The notes beneath the pieces are model-generated. The model was not told the origin of the DNA. It did not search any database and was given only the letters and a program-made list of their open reading frames with translations. Made by a program: the position numbers and the translations under genes. DNA of 55,294 bases, counting the filler, from Bipalium vagum (lineage: Eukaryota), in the NCBI GenBank assembly GCA_037834085.1. It is 3 parts of 3 records of this genome, joined end to end, with 100 filler letters (N's around TTAATTAATTAA, not from the genome) between each part and the next. Parts side by side here need not be neighbours in the genome. Positions count along the whole stretch, not along the records: positions 1 to 22,269 come from JBBMKC010224337.1; 2 more parts are not named here. The stretch is one strand, 5' to 3'. Shown one piece after another: positions 1 through 13,700 of the stretch; position 1 is the first letter of the stretch; the number at the start of each line of letters is the position of its first letter.

Positions 1-1651
1 AACAATAACAACAGGAACAACAATAATTATAATAATAATTAAATTATTTTAAATTAACATTTTTAAAATAATATTTAATTAATTACTCAAAAAAATTAAA
101 AGAAAGAAATGCAAAATTATTTGGAAATTCAAAAACTCTGTTAAAACATTAGTTTTATGTCAGAAGAACCTAAGCAAGGTAAAACCATTAAAATATTTCA
201 GTTCTTAAGATTTTATAAAAGGAATTATTAAGAAGAATTCTTTTGCCTATTTAGTGATTCTCTCTTATCAAAAATTAATGTTTTAAACATTAATTATTGG
301 AAACGTCTCAGAGACAATTTTCCTCAAATATATGGAATTTATTGATTTTAGTACTTCCTTAGAAGACTAATGGACCCATTCTTTCCAAAGTGCTTCCATT
401 CTTCATTTTAGGTAAAATAATAATTTTTTAATAATAATAATGTTAAGTCTCTTAATAGTGGAGCGAAAACTAAGATTTTAACGGTTAGAATGTTGTTTTA
501 AGCGTGATCTGGCTGCGATTTTTAATCGACTAAAATAACAAAATGTTTTTATAAACTTTATTGATACTAAATAACAAACAGTTGTGCAACTTTACAAATT
601 AAGAGTGATTGCTGTTTGAACAATCTACTGTAAAAAAAACTTTCCCCGAGTTTAGGATTAATTAAAGGAAGGAAATCTTTTCGCACTGATAAAAATATCA
701 GTGTCTCAAAATCCCTCAAAGATAGGTAATTCACCACCCTTATTTATCGTGTGAAATACGAAAAATAAAAAGTCTATGACAGAAATGAAGAAGAAACAAA
801 AAGAGTTACTTGATTTTAGGGCTAGACCCTAACATTTATTTTTAAGGTAATTAATTAAAACAGTTGTGTAATTTATTAAAAATTACCAACTGGAGGATTT
901 TGTTTGATATTTCAGTAAATTGTGTAACTCTGTAGAATTACCAATTACAAAAATAAAGCTTGATATTAAAAAGAAATAATAATATAATATAAATAATTAC
1001 AACTAAATAAATTACTTGAAAGCATAAAATATGGGCTGAATGTGTGATTGATGTTGTACTTTTAAAGTAATATGCGTCTATCTTGGTGGTCGAATTGGTC
1101 TGAATAATTTTGTGCTATCTGCTAATTTTTGCAGGTATTTCGTTGTTCAAATTTTTGTGCGGTTTATTTACGAAGTACGATTCAACAAAAATGTTGATCA
1201 TATTTTATAAAATTTTTGACAGTTTTTTTTTAGCAGTAATAATTTACTAATAATAAATTAAATATTTTCTTTAATACATATATGTTCATAATTATATTTT
1301 TTGCTATTTAATTTTTTATGTAAAATCTATTTTTAGTAAGTTATACTTAATATATTATTATTTTTTACATTTTTCGTATTTTTTTATTTTAATTTATGCG
1401 AATAATAATAACAATATTAATTATTATTATTGTTTATTTATATTTTATTCTATTTAAGTTTTATCATATATTCGATTTTTCGGGAAAGGATTCTTTTAGC
1501 ATGAAATATAAAAAAATAAACACAACTAATTAAATAAACAAAGTTTTTATTAATTGCTTCAGTAAAAGTAAAATTGTTATTGGTGCACAAAATATCATAA
1601 TGTTATTTGGGATTTTTGAATGAATTTTTGGATTGATTTTGGAGTCTCCTC

Positions 1652-1684
<33 letters not shown>

Positions 1685-1700
1685 TACAATAATAATAATA
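1652..1700. repeat. (AAT)n microsatellite
   Basis: Seen directly; imperfect. Confidence 0.9.
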
Positions 1701-1944
1701 AATATCGGGTAGATTTTAATAATATAACTAATTCATAATATTTATTTAAAGTTGTACATCAAAGTCAACTTTTATCTCTGGAATAATGATTTCATTGGTA
1801 AAATTATATATTTTGACATGATTTTTTTAATTGCGATGTCAACCATTGATTTTATTACACACGACCTACTTTTTTATTTTATAATAGTTGATAATTGATG
1901 TTTTGAGTTGAATTAGAAGAAAGTTAGCAGAAATATACTAACTA

Positions 1945-3100
1945 TAGGGTGGCGCATTTAAAACGTTGATGATTGATAACTTCATTCCAATGCAGAAATA
2001 TTTGTTTTAATGTGTCATTTTGTTATAAGTACAGTGTGAAAATTAAAATCATTATAATTATGCATTCAGAAATCAAAATTAAAATAATTAAATTGTTTTA
2101 TGAATTTGGTCCGGTGAGCACTCAGACGGAATATTAATGGAAGACACAAAGTACAACAACAGTTAGGCGTGTGATTAATCATTTCGAGCGTGAGGGTAAT
2201 GTTTATGTTATGTCAAGAAATAGAAATTGTCACATACGAACTGCTGACAACATTGCTGCAGTAGCCGCGGCAATTGAAACAAATCCGAGATTACCAATAC
2301 GCAGACTGTCTTGTCAACTCAATATCAGCAGACAAAGTGTTCAGCGCATTTTAAATTATTATTTGCATTTATTTCCATGCAAAATGCAAATAGTGAGTAT
2401 ATTAGAGCAAACTGACTACCGTTTGCGTCTCCAGTTCTGCGAAAAGATGAACAGTATGGTGGAAGAAGATGGGACCTTGTTAAACCGTTTATTCATGTCT
2501 GATGGGGCACATTTTGATCTTAACGGAAATGTGTATAAACAAAATTTTCGTTATTGGGCAGATAAAACCCAAGCATTATCTACGAAACTAAATTACATCC
2601 AAATATAGTAACTGTATGATGTGCAGTATCGTCCAAGTGTGTCATTGGTTCTTATTTCTTCGAAATGCAAGGCAAAAGTGCAAATGTCACTGGGAAGAGT
2701 TATTTGGAGTTGTTACAGAAGTTTTTTGTGCCAAAATTGCGTCGGCGTCGTTATTCGTTCGATATAGTTTCAACAAGATGGAGCAACACCGCACATCACA
2801 AATATCGTTATACAATACTTGAGAACGATTTTCTCTGATCGTATTCTCTCGCAGAATGTCAATTTTAGATGACCACCCAGATCGCCAGACTTGACAGCTC
2901 CGGATTTCTTTTAGTGGAGCTATTACAAGAACAAGGTCTAATAAACCAACCCGCAAAACATCACAGACTTAAAAGATGCTGTCAGAGATGCAATTCGCGA
3001 GATTCCAAAAGAAATGCTCACAGCGGTAATCAATAGCTTTTTGGCAAGATGCAGAACATGAATAAATCTCAATGCAAACCATCCTACCAATTTTATATTA
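1945..3100 (+). mobile_element. Decayed Tc1/mariner-superfamily transposon, rosa (DD41D)-like
   Basis: Left end TA+TAGGGTGGCGC. Frameshifted transposase with MSDGAHFDLNGNVYKQNFRYW, FQQDGATPH and PRSPDL-like motifs. Right TIR not seen. Confidence 0.8.
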
Positions 3101-3229
3101 GTTTTTATTTATTATTGATTTGTTTGAATAAATACTTTTCCCCTTCACGTGTTATATTCTCTACTGTTATGAAGAACGAATTAACTGGCCACCACACCGG
3201 AAATATCACTGTTGTCACAAGGAGATAAG

Positions 3230-3680
3230 ACAGGAAAATAATTATGGATGCTTTGCCGAGTAAAGCCCAAGATTTAATAAACTTTAATGTTCGTCGATTC
3301 AATGGACGAAGTTCAGGTAAGGCTGAACGATGGTTCAAAGACATAGAAGAATGGCTCCAACTTAATGACTTATGTCTCAATGGAGTCTGATGAGGCTGCT
3401 ATTTTGTGGCCAAATTTCAAGACAGAGACGACTACAAAAATCAAAGTAAAAGCCTGGTTTCAGGAGACTATTACCATTAAAAAGTCGATTTCTGAGACTA
3501 TAATGGAACTTGCTGAGGTAAAGCAAAATAGTGATGAAAGGTTTACAACCTTTGAAATCAGAGTTCGAAATCTTCTGGAAAAGGTCCTGGACTCCGGATT
3601 ATCCAGAGATGAAATTTTAGCTAATTTCATAACAAAAAGAACCAAGAGCACGGGTCTTAAAGAAGCTCTAATAACAAGGT
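3230..3680 (+). mobile_element. Ty3/Gypsy gag fragment
   Basis: RRFNGRSSGKAERWFKDIEEW and LAEVKQNSDERFTTFEIRV resemble retrotransposon gag capsid motifs; frameshifted. Confidence 0.55.
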
Positions 3681-4949
3681 CGAACTTCTGCCTACATTAT
3701 ATTTTACACATGTTGGTTGAGATATTTTCTTTAATATCTTTTAAAACAGAATCCAACCTCCAACCAATTTCTTAAAGAAATGACCGAAAAATAGATCTTA
3801 TCCAATCAAAACTCTTTTCATACATGCATAACATATATTTGACATTAATACTTTGAGAACAAGCACATTCATTTAAACATTTTTAAACTTATTTAAAGAA
3901 AAACGTTATATTTTTCCAAGTCTATTCGTTTTCTTCAGTGTTTGCATCAAATAAGCTCTAAACACAAAAAATCTTGTATTTCCAGAAACAAATTCGTGTC
4001 AGTATTCTTCGGACCTTTCAAACATGAGATAAAAGTCGATAAGTACGAATCCATGATTCGTTTCATCTTCATCAGATATGACTTCATTTCCAATTTGATC
4101 TTCTCATTTAACATATTTATTTCCGTTTCAATTTGCAGACCAATAAAGTTAGAGTTAATAATATCCATATTACTTTATTAGTTGATTATAAATATAATAT
4201 AATATTTATTATACTACGATATAAGATACTATAATAAGAAGCACTCACTAATTTATTTATGTCACCGAGGAGTAGAATGAATTAATCTTAGGTGCGATTC
4301 TAAATTATTAAAAGTTCAAATTTGACAGTTTCTAGATTGGTGTCTGAAACGATTTTTCATCTGTGCATTATACTACTTACTTAATCCCACAAAAACGCGG
4401 ATTTGTAAAAAATATTAAAACCTGAAAAATTTGTTTTTTTTCAAACATACAAGATAAAATGTTAATATTAACCATTTGTAAGTCCATTGGCAGTCACTCC
4501 TCTTGAAGTAATTGCCTGGTTAACTATTCTAGGCTTAATGTCAAATAAAGGTATTTTTTCTTCCTTCGTAGACCTATATCATATTGTAAATTGATCCACA
4601 ATACATTCAAGTTGTTACACATTGTTTGCAATTACTCGTGGTATTGGTTTCTCAAAGAATGTGATATTCATATTTAACTCAGGAGATCGATAAAGACTGG
4701 TTCATAATAGTGACTATTGTAGTTAGTTAATTTTTGCACTCAGCTTTTACCGACATTTTGAAAATGTTTTGGCACTAGTACATTTTGTTGCAGACTACAA
4801 GTATGACTTAATTATGCATCAATTTTTAAAGAAGTTTTGTACAATTAAACTTTTTGTGAGGTTTTGACAAGTACTGGACTTTGTAATCTTACTGAATTCT
4901 TTAAATGCCAATGAAATTTTTTAAATTCTTTTCAGATTTCTGTTCGATA

Positions 4950-5400
4950 AAGAGGTTAGAATCAGTATATTTTCAATCAATGTCCACATATGTGTCCATG
5001 TGTTACGGAAGTCATATCGGCACCATTTTAAACTGTTATGAGAGGGAGTATTTTCATATCGAAAAGTCTAAATGCAACAATTATTGACACGCTGATCTTT
5101 GAGAAGTCAGCAGCATTTAAAATGCTTTAGATGATACTTTAACGACACACCTCCAATAGGTGCTAATACTGTTGCCCGCGGCTCTTCATATTTCTAAGTA
5201 TAAGGTTTCCCAGAAACACGATTCCTATCAAATGTGTGATGTTCAAAAAATTTGTTTCGCAATTTTTTGGACCAGCTTTTATTTAAAACGAAAGCTTGAC
5301 ACAATTCTTTGACTGTTTCGATTCGGATATCATCTTTCTCATTTTGACCACTACTTTTTCAGAATGCAGTAAAAGATAAATTTTTTGGTCCTCTGAAAGA
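4950..5400 (-). mobile_element. Degraded FLYWCH-type (Mutator-like) transposase fragment
   Basis: Minus strand near 5190-5130 reads MKSRGQQ..(H)LYWRC, with a downstream SHN. Heavily decayed. Confidence 0.35.
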
Positions 5401-6267
5401 TGAGACATTTAAAATTTAAAAGTTTACCAAATTAAAACAATATCAATTAGAAATAAAACGAATAACCAATACTAAAATCAAATTTATTTAATCAATCTTT
5501 AGTGGATCGAGTAAACGTATAATATTATGAACAGGAAAATAATTAGAAACGAAAATTATTGGAATTTCTATTTGAATTTTAAGAAGGTCTCTTAGAAGAA
5601 TTTTCAACGATCTCTTGTTGTCAAATATAAGAGGAAAATTCATTCACGAAAGAGAATATCGGGGAATATTGTTTCCAAGACTTAAATAATTTACAAAAAA
5701 TTATAAATTCCAAAATGGAGTCGAAAGTTAATCCATTTATTTTTATCTCTTTTCCAGATAAATCTTTAACCCTTTCGAAATTTAAATGCTTAATCCAAGA
5801 CTTTCTTAAAAACGTTTCCAAGAGTTAAAACATTTTTCTGTTGACAGACTACAATCCTTTAATTTACAATGTGAATAACAAAAAAAGTTTAAGTAAGGAA
5901 TTTTAGTGAGCCAGGTGCCTCCATTTGTTGCATTAACTTTCTGCTATTTTTGTTCCATTCAATTTCGTTTTGCCTATTTTAAATATTTCTGTCAATTTAC
6001 TTTTATTGTCCATAGTTTATGGTCTCACTTTCGTGCACCAGATTCATAAAACCATAAAACGATAAGATAGGTCCATAAAACAGGAGACACAAAAATAAAG
6101 TCTCTATCGCTGTCCATCAAAATAACTAAAAACAACCATAAGGATACAGAGACGAGGAAAACATTGCAATTGAAACATGCCAAGTCCTTTTACAATAATT
6201 ATTGTGGCTATTTAATCTAAAATTTGTTTTCGTAATTTTATTTGTATAATATTAATTTAATATAATA

Positions 6268-6296
6268 AAATAATAATAATAATAATAATAATAATA
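6268..6296. repeat. (AAT)n microsatellite
   Basis: Seen directly. Confidence 0.85.
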
Positions 6297-6560
6297 GGAG
6301 AAAAGCTCCCTCTTTTGGTAATTGGAGAATACGGAAATCCAAGATACTTCTAAAATATAACACATCTTCCTGTAGATTAGTATTCAACTAAAAGCTCTTG
6401 AATGACATGTTCATTTTTTATAAAATATATGAATAATTTAGATTTATTATTTGGTGATGTAGAAAAAAATCGAAAAATATCTACGCGGTCATTTACTCAT
6501 GCTATATTAATAGAAATTTATTGAATTTCTGGAGTTTTTCATTTTTTAAAATCAAATTTG

Positions 6561-6617
6561 TCTAATCCGAATGTTTTTTATGGTCCCGAGGAATTCGGAT
6601 TAGGTGAACTCTACTGT
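6561..6617. mobile_element. Terminal fragment of a pogo/Tigger-type MITE
   Basis: Ends ...TTCGGATTAGGTGAACTCTACTG, with an inverted TAATCCGAA sub-repeat; typical CAGT.. pogo terminus. Confidence 0.45.
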
Positions 6618-6699
6618 GTGTTTTGTTTTTTATAGACTTCAACATTTTTGATTTTTCAAAATAGAGGCATTTTTTTGTTAACTAAATTATTTTTCAAAT

Positions 6700-7000
6700 T
6701 TAAATCTCTTCAATTCTTTGATCAACCGCTGGAGACCTTCATGTCTTTGAACTTCATATCGGCAGCCTTTTCAATTCATTTCTTTTAATTATTGAACCAT
6801 TCATCGGGAAATTTTTTAATCGTTGGAGATTTGAAAACCTGTGCTTTCAAATGTATTTAGTATTTGTCACAAATTATTGAATTAATGATTCACACTACAC
6901 TTTCATAATTAATAGACTTTTTATGGGAAGAAAAATAGATGATTTGACTGATGGCTAATAAAAAAATTTGATCTCGCATTTTATTCAAACTTCAACCGTA
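6700..7000 (-). mobile_element. Tigger/pogo HTH remnant
   Basis: FKDMKVSSG(W*)SK is a decayed FKASxGW motif of the Tc5/CENP-B HTH. Confidence 0.35.
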
Positions 7001-7344
7001 TATAAGAGAGTTTCACAAGTCATTTTGTTTAATCTAAATTCAATTTCATTTGATAACATCACAGTTAATTTAAAATTCAATTTTCTTAAAACCGATTTCT
7101 CAACATACTGAGATTTATTCCTCAAACTTTTATCAAATACAAAATATGAACTAAATTTATGCTTTTAAAAATTGAATTAATAATACCAAAAAAATTAAAT
7201 GTCATATAACCAAATGAGGTTTTATAAAAACAGAATCGAAATAAGTAATAATTAAATAACGTAATAAAATGAAATGAAATCTGAAATCCTGAAATATTGA
7301 AAAAAGTATCGATAAAACGATCAAAAACTAACAATTAACAGAAA

Positions 7345-7350
7345 TTTATT
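7345..7350 (-). promoter_or_regulatory. Candidate polyadenylation signal (AATAAA) of the NuMA-like gene
   Basis: AATAAA on the minus strand about 175 nt after the stop. The AT-rich context makes this uncertain. Confidence 0.3.
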
Positions 7351-7525
7351 TTCAAAAAGGATACCAAAAACCAAATAGGCCTGGAACGTATGTGGAACGG
7401 AAGAAATTAAAATTACTCGGGAAGAATGTAACCTGAAGAGAACACGGAACGTAACTGAAAACATAACTCAGAAGACATTAGAACCTGGGGGTGTGCGGAC
7501 GACGGGGAGAGGAGAACAATAAAAA

Positions 7526-7741
7526 CTAAACCAATTTTTCCAACGAGGAGCTGTCGTGCTGCTGCTGTTTTCTCTTCGGAGTTTTGCCTTTGGATTTTCG
7601 AATCAGTCTTCTGATTATCGAACTGGGCTTCGGAGTGGTTGATTTTGTCTTGTGATTGAACGCTGGAGTTGAGTCAAGTGATCTGAACGCTTTCACATCA
7701 GTATCCAATCTCAGGCCGCCACACACGGAACCACTAGGTGT
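7526..7741 (-). CDS. Last coding exon of the NuMA-like gene
   Basis: Acceptor ctttag|ACA in phase 0. Translates TPSGSVCGG...TPKPSSIIRRLIRKSKGKTPKRK...LEKLV*. Confidence 0.85.
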   Translation of the reverse strand, partial: TPSGSVCGGLRLDTDVKAFRSLDSTPAFNHKTKSTTPKPSSIIRRLIRKSKGKTPKRKQQQHDSSSLEKLV

Positions 7742-10700
7742 CTAAAGTTTTGTAGATTGATTAGTTGAAATCAATAATTGATGATTTAAAAGATTAAAAT
7801 GAAATCGAAATAATAATTGTAATGAATATTATTATGTAATATATTATTACATATAATATAATATTATATAATTATGTGTAATATTATTTTTGTTATTCTT
7901 TTATTATTATTATTATAGAATTTTTAAAAATTAATATTGGAATTTATTTTAGATTGAGAAATCAATACAATTTTCCTCAACAAAAACTAATAATATCAAT
8001 ATTAAAATATTTTTAAAAATCAATAAAATATATCAGGTAAAGAACTACGTTTTCGTTTTTTCAGTTGTTTAAATTTGTTAGCCCCTGGGTTAGGGATTCT
8101 CATTTATCTACCGATTAAAATTTCCTTTGTTTTAGTTTTCTGCTTAAACATGTGAGCTTCAAATTTACTATATAATTAATGTTAATAACCATTATCCTCT
8201 GGAATATGTGCTCCAAAAGTTCGCTGCACAAATCACAAATTCGAGCAATTATTTATTACGAATGGAAAAATAACAAACACAAATGAAACTATCTCAAAAT
8301 TTAACGAGGTGCTTGGTGAAGGAAAAAATTGGTTCAAAAAATTCAGTAGTGGCGATTTTTCATTGGAAGACAAAGAGAAGTCTGGAAGGCCAAAAAATTT
8401 TGAGGGTTATCAAATTATGGACCTTCTTGAACAAAACAGATCAATTAGTGCTAAAAAATTGCTTCTCAGTTAAATATAAGCGATACAACCATAAGAAGCC
8501 GACTGAAAGCGTTAGGATTCACTTCTAAACTCGATAAATGGTTTCCCCACCAACTAGCTGAAAAAAACCAGTTGGATCGCAGTGAAATTTTTTCAAGAGT
8601 TCTCGAAAGAAACCGAAATGATCCTTTTCTCGACCGGATAGTCACTTGCGATGAAAAGTGGATCTATCATGACAACATAACCAGACGAAGATCGTGGTCG
8701 TTGAAAGCAGAGCTTCCGCAAAACAATGAAAAACGCAACCTTACAAGAAACAATGTTATTTTATGCATTTAGTGGGATTCACGTGGAATTATTTATCAGG
8801 AGTTTCTCAAATCTGTGGAAACCATTAATTCTGATGTCTACTGTGACATGCTAAGAAGAGTTCATGCTATTATGAAGGATAACCAGAGCAGATTGATAAA
8901 CCGAAAACAAGTGATTTTCCATCAAAATAATGCCAAGCCCCACAAATCAATGAAGAAATTGAAGGTTATTCAGGAATTGAACTGGACTCTAATGGAGCAT
9001 CCGCCATATAATCCCGATATCGCCCCATCCGATTTTCATTTGTTCCGGATATTACAGGCTCACGTGATGGGTAAAAATTGTAAAAGTTCCGAAGGTGTAA
9101 GAATGAAGTACTTTCAGTCGGTCATTCAAAGGATCGAGATTTCTTTAATACTGGGATCAATAAACTTCTATTTAGATGGGAGGCAGTAATAGAAAAAGAT
9201 GGGAAATATTGGATTAATTGTTTAATAATGTTTTGATTAATAAATTAAATTTAACTTCAGTCTTAGTTTAGAAAAAACTTATTTTGTTACCTGATATATA
9301 AAATCTGTCTGTAAAATCAACCAAAAAGTTTTACCTGTCGATAATTGATCGAATCTTCCTTCTGATTTGTGATGCCGTTGTCCTGGAAAAGTGAACAAAT
9401 CGATTCCGCTGGTGTTGGACCATTTGTTACGGTCTTAACGTTTGATACTGATCGAACATCGTCCACAGTGGTTGATTGTGAACCGAAAGGCAAGATCTCT
9501 TCCTCACCACCCTTTTCATCGTCGTTGTCTTTGTCTTTCTGCTTGCGTTTCCTGGAAGGATTGTTGATGAAATATTTTCGGTCGATTCTCTGTCGCAACT
9601 CATCCAAGTCGATAACGTTCATCAACTGTGAAGATTCCAGTTTCGAAGCCAATTTTTTCCTCGGTATCACTGGTGGCTTTGGATTAGTCGGTTGTTTTGA
9701 GCCAATGAGACTCGGTTCTTGCTTCATCAATGTCGATTGCTGACTGATTCCGGACTGATGATGATGACCGAAATCTCCGTGACCGACCACTAGACCAGCA
9801 CGAATATTCCCCGTTTCGGACGACACATGTTCCGATGAAAAACCCTCACGATCACCGGAACCCGAACCCGTGGCAAGTTTTTTAGATAAAGGTGCTGTCG
9901 AAGTCATTGAGGATGAGGTCGATGGATTTTTGGATCGATTCTGATTATTATTGCTGGACGTTTCCAAATGTAAACTGCGACGAATTTTCGATGTCAATTG
10001 ATATCGGATTCCATCTTTTCTTTTTTTCAGAGGAGTAATGATTTGATGAAAGTTTTCGTCGGCGTCAAGACGACGATTGGTGTCATATCCAACAGCAATA
10101 GGATTTTTCAGACTACTTTGGTTTGGTTTCGATTCGATGTCTTTGTGCAGCAGAATGTTGGACTCGTCTTCGCACGTGTATGGAGAAAAGACAAACGATT
10201 CGAAAAGCATTTTTGAGGTTGGGTCTAGATATTTTTTTTATCAATCGATTTTTATTTCGTTTTTATTATTATTAATTATTACCATTACTAATTATTACTA
10301 TTACTGATTATTATCATTACTGATTATTATTATTAATTATTACTATCATTCAATCAAAACTAACTGTTCAATCCGAGAGCCGACGCCGAATCTGGCTGCA
10401 AATATTCGACAGGAGGAAGTTGACGATTGAAATTCGGTCGATTGACGACCCATTGGCTCATGCGAGCGTAACGCGACTAGTAAAAATCAATAAAAAAGGC
10501 AATTCTAGCACATGTGAGTATCGATTTATCATTTATCATTTTAAAAATTTGAATCTTACAAAAGAAGCATGCCTTAAAAGTTGATTTTGAAGAAAAATTG
10601 AAAACAATTAAAATCTTAATTTAATACAAAACTTGCTAGATTTATCGATTTACTCATCGATTATCACTTTTTTGAAAGGAATACTCACATTTTCATTGTA

Positions 10701-13700
10701 CTTCTCGCTCATTTGACGCATTTCGTTTTGAGTCTGTTCCCTCAGCACAGTTCGCAAGTTATTGAATTTCGAATTGAGTTCCGCGACGTTTCTTTTCAAT
10801 GTACAATTGTCCTCGCTCAACTAAAAAAAAATCGATACTTTTCAAACAAAAATATATTTATCGATTTTTTATAAACTTTTAAAAGTCAATTATCAAAAAT
10901 ATTATTATTATTATCAATTATTTTTTATTTTATTATCACTTATTACTTATTTATTATTTTTAATATTAATTATATTTATTATTATTAAAAACCATTTTTT
11001 TATCAATATGATTCTATAAAATCGATATTGCAAATTTATTTTACCATGTTTTTCTTGACGGTCAACAGTTGAATTTGTTCCTGAAACTTCTCCACGTCTT
11101 TTGTCAGCGATCCTAAACGTTCTGGATAAAAAAAAAGGTAATAAAAAGAAATCAATGAACAAATGCCCTACCGATATAATTTTTCACGGTTTCCTCGTGT
11201 GTTTGGAGCACCTTTTCCAAGTGGCTTTCGGAGATTTCTCTCAATTTCAAATAGCGCGTTTTCAAAGATTCGTTCTCGGTCTTGATGGAATTGATTTCCG
11301 TTTCGATATTTTGGATCTTATCCAATCGCCTCTGATCCAACGATTGCAAATTGCGAATTTGGTCGTGCAAATTATTTATTTTTTCTGACATCTGAAAAAC
11401 AAAGTGCAAATTGAAAACAACACTGAAATAACTTTTCCCATTAATCTCTGTTTCCCTCCCTTTCCTCTTCAAAAACCAATTACCTCGTTTTTCTTTCTCA
11501 AACTCGCTTTATTGTCATCGATCAGGTCACGATTCCGCTGTTCCAACGCCTTATTTTTGGCGATTAATTCCTGCACCTCACGTTCTAGTCCAGCGGCACT
11601 GGCAGCACGGCTCTTGACTTCCGATCGCAAATGGGCGATTTCTTTCATATTTTCGCTGTCTTCCAATTCGTTCAGTCTCAACACCAGTCGACGACTGGTC
11701 GATTCCAACAGCTCGATTTTCGCTTCCAATGGTTCCAGTTCATTGATTCGTTTGTGCAAGTGACTTTTTTCCATCTGCAAAAAAAGAAATTAAAGAAACG
11801 CAATGGTCGTTTTATCAGGATAAAAAATCGACCTCAAATTCTTGTTCTTTTTGATTCAACTGTTCTCCGGTTCTGATTTGATAATAAAATTATAAACTAT
11901 TAACTAACAAAATAAATAATTCGACAATCATTAATGAAAATCAATAATCTCAATACTAAAAAAAATAAAATATATTACTCTAATTATCAATAATAACCAA
12001 AAATAATAACAATCAATTACATTCAATTCTCCTTTTATGCGATTTTGAAGTTATGCGGTTTATTTTTTAATGAAACTATATTCTTTTTTATGCGATTTTT
12101 TTGTGCAGTTTGTTTTTGTGCACTAAGCCAAAATAGTATACATATAAATATTTATTATGCTTAAGTGATATTGATAATATATCGAATTTATGAAAAGTTA
12201 GTGAATTTATATTTATTCGTTTTGCTTTGTAGATTATGGGTTATAAACAAGATATATGTGATTTCAAAAACGGTCATATTGTAGCTCTGAAATCTACAAA
12301 GCTACACAAATCTCGTTGTGCTGTACAAAATGCATTGAAAGCATGTCTGATGAAAAACGCTAAAATAAATAATTGTCAACGTCCCTGCAAAACAAGTCCC
12401 CGTGATGATCTTTTTTTGAAATCCGTAGTTACGGCATGTCCTATGACGTCGTCTGCAAGAATTAGCCAGTTGACAAAGGAAAGAGACATTGACTTAACTG
12501 CATGATCTGTACGTCGACGACTGGTGAACGATTTTTGTATATTAGCAAGACGTCCGCAAAAAAACAATATTGACAAAAGGTCAAATATCTGGAAGAATAA
12601 AATTCTGCGAAGAGTTGAAGGACAAACCAGCTGAATGGTGACATCAAGTTATATTCACAGATGAAAGTACGTTCCAACAAGTAAGGAGTACAGGTTACAA
12701 TTATGTCAGACCATCAGGCCAGCTGTTCAACCCCAAATTTACTATGAAAACTGTTAACCATACGCCCTCTTTGGCAGTATGGGGAGGAATAACTGAAAAA
12801 GGAACGTTTGGTCTACATATATTTCAAAAAGGCGAGACAATAAATGCTCAAAAATACATAAGCGTCCTTGATAATAAAGTCAAAAATCACATTAACAAAA
12901 CGGGAGCTACATTTCTTCAAAAAGATTCAGTTCCTTTTCACACTGAAAAGATTGTCCGCAAATGGTTCACTGATAACATAGTTAATGTTCTTCCAAATTG
13001 CCCATCCAATTCACCGGACTTAAATTTTATTGAAAACTGCTGGTGTATTATGAAGCAGAAGGTTACTGCCCATTAACCAACTTCTGAACAGCAACTAATA
13101 CAAATCTTGAAGCAAGTGTGGAGAACGGAGATAACGCCAAATTATTGTAAAAAATTAGTTGAAAGTATGCCTAGGTGTATACAAGAAGTACTTGAAAATA
13201 AGGCTTATCCTTCTAAATACTGACATTTATAAAAAAACATTATGTAAACATTTAGTTGTAAATAAATCCCCTTGTATTACTTGCTCTGAATTTTATATAT
13301 CTTTATTTTTTAATAGTGGTCTTAATGTAATGGCCACTACTGTAATTGTATACGATTTAATTAAATTTTTTTTAGTTCCAGTAGAAAGTTTTTAGTTTTT
13401 AAAAAGCTCTTTCAAAAATAATTGTACAGTCAACACTGTATAATTTCATATTTTCCGTCCCGCGAAATTTAACTATTTGTGGAACGTGAATTTATAAAAA
13501 TGGGATTTTATAGGGTATAAAATGGAAAAATTAAAATTACGTAACTTATTACTCAAATACAATATAGAAAAATACAAAATATAGAATAGACAAAAAAACA
13601 AAATATTTGACATAGATCAATTAAATAATAAAATCCGTTATGGACATTTGCTTCAAACCTTCCTGTTTCTTATTTTCAAAGAAAGATTTGATGATTCTTA

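Noticed and set aside
441-834. Possible solo LTR (TGTTAAGTCT...AGACCCTAACA)
   Set aside because: TG..CA ends are present, but there is no matching target-site duplication or second copy.
10560-10572. 13-nt AG/GT-bounded micro-exon candidate in the NuMA-like gene
   Set aside because: Inclusion shifts the frame and causes a premature stop, while the flanking exons join in phase without it.
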